A stretch of 64,000 nucleotides of DNA from Polyangiaceae bacterium (GTDB lineage: Bacteria; Myxococcota_A; Polyangia; Polyangiales; Polyangiaceae): assembly GCA_044376115.1 (NCBI GenBank), contig JBILLK010000011.1, positions 1 to 64,000 on the forward strand. Reading direction: 5' to 3'. This document shows positions 57,652 through 64,000 of this stretch, one piece after another. The position numbers and the translations under genes are program-made. Each line of letters starts with the position of its first letter. Position 1 is the first letter of the stretch. The notes under the pieces were generated by a model, which saw only the letters and a list, made by a program, of their open reading frames with translations, was not told the origin of the DNA and did not search any database.

Positions 57652-58445
57652 AGGATATCGTGCAAGCGGCGGTCGAGGTAGCAAAGATCGCCGGCGAGGT
57701 CGCGCTAACACACTATCAACGCCACCTCGAAGTAGCGCGCATCACCCCGGAGCTAAAGCGGGATGGCTCTCCGGTCTCCGCCGCCGATCGTGCAGCGGAG
57801 GAAGCCGCGCGCGTGTACTTGCGTGAGCGTTTTGCCGCCGACGGCATCGTCGGTGAAGAGCTGGGGGAAGAACGCGGCTCTTCTGCTCGACGCTGGTGCA
57901 TCGATCCAATTGACGGCACCAAGAGCTTTCTCGCTGGCGCCCCCCTATGGGGCACGCTCATTGCGCTCGTCGAGGGGCAGCGCGTGCTCGCTGGAGCCGC
58001 CTATTTCCCGGTTACACGGGAGCTCGTCGCCGCGGGCTCCGGGGAGGCTCTGTGGGTGGAGGGGGCCTTGGCTGGAGTTTCGAACGTCGCGGAGTTGTCT
58101 GAGTCGACGGTGCTTACAACCGACGCCCGCTTTCCCGATGCGCCCGAGTGCGTGGCCCCATTTAATAACCTATCGGCGAGGGCTCGCGTCGCTCGTACCT
58201 GGGGGGATTGTTACGGTTACTACTTGGTAGCAACCGGTCGTGCTGAGCTGATGACGGATGGCCGTCTATCGATCTGGGACGCCGCTTGTTTTTTACCCAT
58301 CATTGAGGCCGCGGGAGGCGTCTTTACCGATTGGGCAGGTGAACGAACCTTTGCAGGCAAGGGCGTCATCGCTACCAATCGGGCGCTCGCCAAGCCGCTG
58401 CGTGCGGCGCTTGGGGTGCCGTTTACCGCGTTGGAGACGCCATGA
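57648..58445 (+). CDS. hisN: Histidinol-phosphate phosphatase, inositol monophosphatase family
   Basis: K.D.SPV..AD, GEE, W.IDPIDGTKSF, WGDCY.Y, WD.A..PI...AGG; position in the operon. Confidence 0.88.
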   Translation: MKDIVQAAVEVAKIAGEVALTHYQRHLEVARITPELKRDGSPVSAADRAAEEAARVYLRERFAADGIVGEELGEERGSSARRWCIDPIDGTKSFLAGAPLWGTLIALVEGQRVLAGAAYFPVTRELVAAGSGEALWVEGALAGVSNVAELSESTVLTTDARFPDAPECVAPFNNLSARARVARTWGDCYGYYLVATGRAELMTDGRLSIWDAACFLPIIEAAGGVFTDWAGERTFAGKGVIATNRALAKPLRAALGVPFTALETP

Positions 58446-59065
58446 AGTCGTTTGACCTCGCGCAGGTTGACTTTAGCAAAGGCGACGGGCTCGTTCCGGT
58501 GGTGGCGCAGGACGATGCAAACGGCCTCGTGCTCATGCTCGGCTACGCCAACCGCGAAGCGCTCGAAGAGACGCTTCGTAGCGGTGAACTCACGTTCTTT
58601 TCGCGGACGAAGGGCCGACTTTGGAAGAAGGGCGAGACAAGTGGAAACGTGCTCACGGTGCGGGAGCTCTTGCTCGACTGCGATCGGGACACCGTGCTCG
58701 CCCGCGTGACGCCGCACGGGCCCACCTGTCACACTGGGAGCCGTTCCTGCTTTGGGGAGGAGTACACCCCAGCCGTAAACCCCATTGCTCGCTTGGATTC
58801 GACCATTGCGCAGCGCGCTTCCACTCCGCCCGGCGCCGAATCGCGCTCGTACACCCACAAGCTACTCAGCGACCGAAACCTGCGGCTCAAGAAGCTTGGT
58901 GAGGAGGTCGCGGAGCTGCTCGTGGCGTTAGCCGACAAAGACAGCCCGAGGATCGCAGAGGAGGCCGCCGACCTCACCTACCATATGCTGGTAGCGCTCC
59001 ACGCCGAGGGCGTAACGCTGGAAGACGTGCAGCGCGTCTTGCAGGCGCGGGTGAAGGGCCCCTGA
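58442..59065 (+). CDS. hisIE: Bifunctional PR-AMP cyclohydrolase / PR-ATP pyrophosphatase
   Basis: LW.KGETSG, DCD.D, CHTG..SCF; SYT..L, KK.GEE..E, E.ADL.YH. Confidence 0.96.
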   Translation: MKSFDLAQVDFSKGDGLVPVVAQDDANGLVLMLGYANREALEETLRSGELTFFSRTKGRLWKKGETSGNVLTVRELLLDCDRDTVLARVTPHGPTCHTGSRSCFGEEYTPAVNPIARLDSTIAQRASTPPGAESRSYTHKLLSDRNLRLKKLGEEVAELLVALADKDSPRIAEEAADLTYHMLVALHAEGVTLEDVQRVLQARVKGP

Positions 59066-59078
59066 GCCCTGCGCGCCG

Positions 59079-59477
59079 CTATTGCAATCTGCAGGTCCCC
59101 GCGTTGCACACAGCCTTCCATTCGCGTTCTTCGCCGTCGCACATGAGCTGTTTGACCCGCTCGCATTCGACGACTGCACATTGTGCTCGGTTCGCCTCCC
59201 ATGCGCGGCGAGACCATGCGCGCGCACAGCTCGGGCCGCTGCTGGCGCAACAGTCTCCACGTGCACCGATTACGCACTCGGCGTCGCTGGTGCAGGCGGT
59301 TTGCTCGCTCGCTTCGGCCGGCGTTACCTCGGTCGGCGTCAGCTCAATTGGCGTTGGCCCCGTCGGCGTTCGTTCCGTCGGCGTGCCGCTCGACCCCGAG
59401 CAAGCGGCTGCTAGCAAGCCCACAAGGGCCAAGAGGCTGAGTCCGGGAAAGTGGCGCTGGCGGAGGGGCCAGGACAT
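59079..59477 (-). CDS. Small Cys-rich lipoprotein
   Basis: LLAAAC lipobox; C..D.EC, CC, AVC.AG.C pattern. Confidence 0.65.
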   Translation of the reverse strand: MSWPLRQRHFPGLSLLALVGLLAAACSGSSGTPTERTPTGPTPIELTPTEVTPAEASEQTACTSDAECVIGARGDCCASSGPSCARAWSRRAWEANRAQCAVVECERVKQLMCDGEEREWKAVCNAGTCRLQ

Positions 59478-59535
59478 TGAGCTGTCGTAGCGCTTCATCC
59501 TCGGGGTCGTAAGCGCTACTTCTGCGTAAAGCGAG

Positions 59536-60225
59536 ATGCAAACGCCCCCCGATAGCCCGTTACCCCTGCTCTTCAGCTATCGGCGCTGTCCTTACGCGAT
59601 GCGCGCACGCATGGCGCTGCTGCAGGCCGGGCGGCCCTTCCAAGCGTTCGAAGTGAGCCTCCGCGATAAGCCCGCCGCGCTGCTCGCCTTATCTCCCAAA
59701 GGCACGGTCCCTGTGCTGCGCCTTCCGAGTGGACGGGTGCTGGAGCAGAGCTGGGACATCATGGCTTGGTCCTTCGAGTCGGAGCGCGGGGACGCTATGG
59801 CCGCGGCGTGGTGGAGCCCCGCCCAATCCGAGCGCAATCACGCCCTCTTGCAAGCCAATGACGGCTGTTTCAAGCGTCTGCTCGACCGTTACAAATACCC
59901 CGAGCGTTTTGCTGACGAGGCAGTCTCCCGCGAGCAGGTGCGGTCCGAAGCGCTCGAGACGTTCCTCGATCCGCTCTCGCAGCGGCTCGAGCGTGAGGCC
60001 TTTCTCGGTGGCGAGGCGGCCTGCGCAACCGACCTCGCGTTGTTTCCATTCGTTCGGCAATTCGCAGCTGTGGAACCGCTTTGGTTCGCGGCGCAGCCGC
60101 TGCCTGCGTTGCAAGCTTGGCTGGAGCTCTGGCTATCGAGCCGCTTGTTCGCCGCCTGTATGGTCAAGTTGCCGGCGCAAGAGGCCGTTGTATTCCCCGC
60201 TTGCGGGACGTTCCAGCCAGCGTGA
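59536..60225 (+). CDS. Glutathione S-transferase family protein
   Basis: SYRRCPYAMRAR, SPKGTVPVL, FK..LDRYKY, D.A.FPFVRQFA. Confidence 0.92.
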   Translation: MQTPPDSPLPLLFSYRRCPYAMRARMALLQAGRPFQAFEVSLRDKPAALLALSPKGTVPVLRLPSGRVLEQSWDIMAWSFESERGDAMAAAWWSPAQSERNHALLQANDGCFKRLLDRYKYPERFADEAVSREQVRSEALETFLDPLSQRLEREAFLGGEAACATDLALFPFVRQFAAVEPLWFAAQPLPALQAWLELWLSSRLFAACMVKLPAQEAVVFPACGTFQPA

Positions 60226-60229
60226 CCGC

Positions 60230-60796
60230 TTAGGCAGACGGTGTGCGCAGCGGCTTGAGCGCTCCGGACCACGCCACCACCTGGTCGAGCATGGTCGCTA
60301 CGGTGCGCTCGTGCTTCGGGTCGGGCTTGAAGGTGCTGTAATTCTCGAAGTCGGTGCCAAGCGAAAGCGCCACCTGCGCGCGCACATCTGCAACCAGTAG
60401 TTCGCCCATGATCAGGCGCAGCATCTCGACTGCACGCGTGCCTCCCTGCCCGCCGTAGCCGACGAAGCCAGCCGCCTTGTTGTTCCACTCACGGAAAAGG
60501 AAATCGAGCGCGTTCTTGAGCGCGCCCGAGGGAGCATGATTGTATTCGGGGGTCACGAATACGAAGCCGTCGAGCGAGTCGATTTTGCGTGACCAGGCTT
60601 TGGTGTGCTCGTGCTGGTACTTGCCGAAGGAGGGCGGACTTGGTTCGTCGAGCAGTGGGAGGTTGAAGTCTGCGAGGTCCACCAGTTCGTAGCTCGCGTC
60701 GCCTCGCCGTTGGGCGAGCGTGTGAATCCAGGTCGCTACGGCGGGGGCTTTGCGCCCTGGGCGCGTACTTCCAATGATGATGCCGATGGTGAGCAT
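60230..60796 (-). CDS. NADPH-dependent FMN reductase
   Basis: GSTRPGR, TPEYNH...G.LKNA.D, EW.NK. Confidence 0.93.
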   Translation of the reverse strand: MLTIGIIIGSTRPGRKAPAVATWIHTLAQRRGDASYELVDLADFNLPLLDEPSPPSFGKYQHEHTKAWSRKIDSLDGFVFVTPEYNHAPSGALKNALDFLFREWNNKAAGFVGYGGQGGTRAVEMLRLIMGELLVADVRAQVALSLGTDFENYSTFKPDPKHERTVATMLDQVVAWSGALKPLRTPSA

Positions 60797-60863
60797 GCCC
60801 TTCGTCTAGCGCGGGCGAAGGCAGACGTCATTCGCCGCCGCGTGGCCGCTTTGTCTTGCCCGT

Positions 60864-62243
60864 TCAGCGTGGAAAGCAGGCCTTGAAACGATCGAGCAGC
60901 TGGCGGTTACCCTCGATGCGCAGCCGGCGGAGCAGCACCGCCGCGACGGGGCTCTTGCGGCCATTGACGATGTCTAGCCATAGGCTGGCGCTGGTGCGAA
61001 CGACGACATCCGGGCTACCGACGAGCTGCTCGGGGGTGATGGCCAACGTACCGTCGTCGATGCGCACGGTGGCATCAATCCCGTCCTCCCCGGAGAGGAT
61101 GAAGTGAAACGTTGCACGGAGCCCAAGGGCAGCTCCCTTTTGGAAGATGAGCGGCATGGCGCGAAAGAGCCCGCGCGCGTTGGTCGCGCGCAGTGAACTG
61201 CGAACCACGCGTAGCCGCTTATGAGGGAAACGCTTTTTCGCGTGCGTCTCAGCGTCGGAGCCAGCAACCACGTACAGCGTCTCCTCGCGCTCGGTGAGCG
61301 GTTTGACGACCTCCTTGAGGTGCGCGGCACGCCGATCGAGAAAGCCCCCCAGGACGTCTTCCCCGGCTGGGCACACGGCAATGCAATACGCAGCTTTGTA
61401 GTTCGGCTGATACGCCAGGCTCTGCCAAAGACTCGTAGCGTCATTGAGCGGGACTCGGTCCCGGAACTCATGGCGGTCCTTGCTCTCCACCGCCTCCTCG
61501 ACGAAGTCGGTGAAGCCCGTCATGAACTCGCGGTAGTTGTGGTCGTAACAAGCTGAGAAGCGAAATTCGCCTTCCGGCTCGATCGCTCCAACGGGGCAGG
61601 CCGCCACGCACAGCTTACAATCGATGCACGGGTTGTAATCGAGCGCTTGCGGGGCCGCGGCGACCTCGGCTGTGGAGATCACCGTTCCCAATAGGATGAA
61701 CGAGCCAAAGCGCGGATGGATCACGCTTCGGTGAAGTCCCATTTTGCCAAGCCCGGCGGCCACTGCCACCCGCTTGTGCGACACGATCCAAGCGCGGCCT
61801 GGAAAGTCCTGCATCTCCATCGGAAAAGCCATTGCCGGGTTGATGCTCGAGAAACCGCGCTCCGAGAGAGTGATCGCGAGCCGGCGTGCGATGTCATCCA
61901 CCTCGTGACCCACACGGTGGAATTCCAGGTTCGCCACACTGCGTCGTGGGCTGCGCGTATTCGCCGGGTGCATCCGCAACACGAGCGCGATCAAGCTACG
62001 AGCCCCAGGCATCGCCGCAAGCACGTAGGGCCGCTCCTCGGCGAGGTCCGGGTGGTCGAGGGAGATGGCCGCGGCGTCGTCAGCGCCAACCTCGAGCGCG
62101 AGCTGCCTTAGCTCGGCTGCGGAAAGTGGCTCCGCCACTTCACGTTGTGCACGCGCACGCACCGCCTTTACCGAGGGGTGTTCGGCCAGCCGCGCCGCCG
62201 AGCCAACGGGGATATTGCCAGCTACGGGAGTCTTGCTTTGCAT
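60864..62243 (-). CDS. QueG/reductive dehalogenase-like 4Fe-4S protein fused to a C-terminal SCP2 sterol-binding domain
   Basis: SHK..AVAAGLG.MG....IHP.FGS...L, CIDCKLCVAACP.GAI, YCIAVCP; C-terminal W..I..G..SP..A.L..RLRIEG. Confidence 0.8.
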   Translation of the reverse strand: MQSKTPVAGNIPVGSAARLAEHPSVKAVRARAQREVAEPLSAAELRQLALEVGADDAAAISLDHPDLAEERPYVLAAMPGARSLIALVLRMHPANTRSPRRSVANLEFHRVGHEVDDIARRLAITLSERGFSSINPAMAFPMEMQDFPGRAWIVSHKRVAVAAGLGKMGLHRSVIHPRFGSFILLGTVISTAEVAAAPQALDYNPCIDCKLCVAACPVGAIEPEGEFRFSACYDHNYREFMTGFTDFVEEAVESKDRHEFRDRVPLNDATSLWQSLAYQPNYKAAYCIAVCPAGEDVLGGFLDRRAAHLKEVVKPLTEREETLYVVAGSDAETHAKKRFPHKRLRVVRSSLRATNARGLFRAMPLIFQKGAALGLRATFHFILSGEDGIDATVRIDDGTLAITPEQLVGSPDVVVRTSASLWLDIVNGRKSPVAAVLLRRLRIEGNRQLLDRFKACFPR

Positions 62244-62255
62244 GATGGTCATCAT
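62242..62255. promoter_or_regulatory. Putative TetR operator at the start of the Fe-S/SCP2 gene
   Basis: ATGATGGTCATCAT, one mismatch to the palindrome at 62836-62849. Confidence 0.7.
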
Positions 62256-62282
62256 TCCTTTGCGCAAAAAAAGAGACGGGCG

Positions 62283-62837
62283 TCAGGTACTCGCGCTGGT
62301 TTCTGCGGCTCGCAGGATGCGCTCGGACAACTCAGGGTCGTCCACCAGCCTGGCCAAGACCACCGCGCCCACCATGGTTGCCGTCATGCGTAACGCTTCA
62401 TCCGAGGGCTGCCTTTTTGCACGCTGCGGGTTCAATTTGCGTTCGACCAGGCCCAACAGCCCGCGCGCAACCTCAGCGAATGCAGCGCGCACATTCGCCG
62501 GTTGCCGCGTCCCGTCGCTACCGAGCGCCGCAATCACGCAGCCCTGCTCGGGATGGCGAACGTGTCCCGTTGATAAGTAGTGGCGCAGTGTCTCCTTGAG
62601 CGTCCGTTCATCCGCGAAGGTCTGCTTCCCAGTGCGCCGCCCCGCTGCCAACACGGCTGCAGCAACCAAGCTGTCGCGGTTCTCAAAGTGCGAATAGAAG
62701 CCGCCGTGCGTAAGGCCCACTCGCTTCATCAACGCAGGAATGCTCACCCCGTCGAGCCCGTGAGCGCGCAGCTCCTCCGCAGCTGTCTCAACGATTCGCT
62801 CGCGCATAGCCTCTTTGTGGCCATCCGGGTATCGCAT
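62283..62837 (-). CDS. TetR/AcrR family regulator
   Basis: MRY..GHK...R.RI, M..VGLTHGGFY.HF, YLS..H...P..GC...AL. Confidence 0.92.
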   Translation of the reverse strand: MRYPDGHKEAMRERIVETAAEELRAHGLDGVSIPALMKRVGLTHGGFYSHFENRDSLVAAAVLAAGRRTGKQTFADERTLKETLRHYLSTGHVRHPEQGCVIAALGSDGTRQPANVRAAFAEVARGLLGLVERKLNPQRAKRQPSDEALRMTATMVGAVVLARLVDDPELSERILRAAETSAST

Positions 62838-62849
62838 GATGATCATCAT
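62836..62849. promoter_or_regulatory. Putative TetR autoregulatory operator
   Basis: Perfect 14-bp palindrome ATGATGATCATCAT overlapping the tetR start. Confidence 0.75.
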
Positions 62850-62940
62850 CTCATGCCGCCGAGGTGATGTCAATTCGCCCAGCTTGCCGTTTTGGAGGTT
62901 GAGCCCTAAACGCAAACGACTTCAGCGACTGAAGGCCCGC

Positions 62941-63291
62941 ATGCCCTTAATGATGCAGCTCTCCTTGTGGCTCAACATTGGCGTCTTGATCCCAGTGACG
63001 GCTACGCTCGCGCTCAATCGTCCGGGGGCGTCGTTCGTATTTGGTGAGCGCACTCCTGCGCGAGGCATCCTGCTTTCGATCTACTTCGCCATCCTCGTGC
63101 TCTCGGCTGTGTTGCTCTGGACCGCGGATTTACGCGCGTGCGCAACCCTGCTGCTGATGCAGGTCGTCTACAAATTGAGCACGCCCGTGACCGTTGGGAG
63201 CCTCAAGAACCCTGTCGTTCTCAGCAACCTAGCGATCTCGCTCGTGCACATCGTGTCACTGTGGAGCGCCCGCGCCCTCCTGCTCGAGTAG
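62941..63291 (+). CDS. Small integral membrane protein
   Basis: Four hydrophobic segments; G..TPARGIL.SIY and Q..YK motifs. Confidence 0.65.
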   Translation: MPLMMQLSLWLNIGVLIPVTATLALNRPGASFVFGERTPARGILLSIYFAILVLSAVLLWTADLRACATLLLMQVVYKLSTPVTVGSLKNPVVLSNLAISLVHIVSLWSARALLLE

Positions 63292-63312
63292 GCGTCGAAG
63301 CTGGCGTCGTGG

Positions 63313-63999
63313 TTAGTACGTCGCGAGGATGGCCAGGGAGACAGCCATCGTCGGGATCGCGACGAGCACGCCAACCCGAATAAAGGCACCAACACCCACG
63401 TTGACCTCCGCCCGTCGAAGCATCTCGAGCCAAAGCAGCCCAGCGAGCGACCCCATTGGCAACAGGCGAGGACCGAGATCGCCCCCAACGAGTGCTGCAA
63501 AGATCGCGCTTCGCGGCGCTGACGCGCTTTCCAGCGCGATCATGTTGAGGTGCGACATCGGGTGGTTGTTGAGCACCGCCGAGCCAAGCGCCGACATCAC
63601 GCCGACGGTAAAGACGTCGGCCTCATGGTAGGCGCGAGCGAGACGCTCGACAAAACCGACGTCACGTAGCCCCAAGCTGATCACCAGAACGGCCAACAAG
63701 AAGGCCAACGTGTCCCACGAAACGCTGGCCGTGAGCTCGCGCGAGGGCATGCCTTGGTGGTGGTGCGCGAGCAACAGCGCGACCGCGGCGCCTGTCGTGG
63801 CGGCTGGCCATATCGGGGCGCCCAAAAGCGCCAATACCGGGTAGACACCGAGCACCACCAGGACGACTGCGAGCAGTCTTCGTTGCAGCTTACTTGGCGG
63901 CACCTTCGCGATTGGCTGCGGCTCCAGCGTCGTGCCGAGTTGCCGCGCAAAGAGCAGACGCAAAACAACGAATGCAACCACCCAGCCAGCGACCGCCAC
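63313..63999 (-). CDS. ArsB/NhaD family permease, 5' part outside the window
   Basis: VSW..L.F, S...NNHP, A.L.G.DLGPRL.P.GSLA.LLW; many TM helices. Confidence 0.8.
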   Translation of the reverse strand: MAVAGWVVAFVVLRLLFARQLGTTLEPQPIAKVPPSKLQRRLLAVVLVVLGVYPVLALLGAPIWPAATTGAAVALLLAHHHQGMPSRELTASVSWDTLAFLLAVLVISLGLRDVGFVERLARAYHEADVFTVGVMSALGSAVLNNHPMSHLNMIALESASAPRSAIFAALVGGDLGPRLLPMGSLAGLLWLEMLRRAEVNVGVGAFIRVGVLVAIPTMAVSLAILATY

Positions 64000-64000
64000 C

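Overview
GC-rich bacterial DNA. The gene content (many Cys-rich lipoproteins, PEGA, WD40 and Kazal proteins, DUF2169 plus VgrG, a Myxococcus-type Cys-rich repeat) suggests a myxobacterium of Polyangiaceae type; this is an inference. Most of the window is a patchwork accessory region. It holds secreted and lipoprotein genes, small regulator-target pairs, an arsR-acr3-arsM-sigZ operon, a MacAB/LolCDE-like ABC exporter whose adaptor has two frameshifts, an orphan DUF2169-VgrG pair, an orphan pesticin/GH24-like muramidase, and many truncated gene remnants. The core element is a complete his operon (hisG, fused hisD-hisC, hisH, A, B, F, N, IE), preceded by an unannotated His-rich leader peptide with alternative RNA helices. 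The best candidates for undescribed biology are a HicA-like/eRF1-like fusion protein, the his leader lacking a U-tract terminator, an APCDD1-like lipoprotein ahead of a YciI/ECF42-type pair, a QueG/RdhA-like Fe-S protein fused to SCP2 under a visible TetR operator, and a VgrG with a helical insert inside its spike. I saw no rRNA, tRNA, CRISPR array, transposase or integrase. All family calls come from motif recognition by eye, not from database searches.
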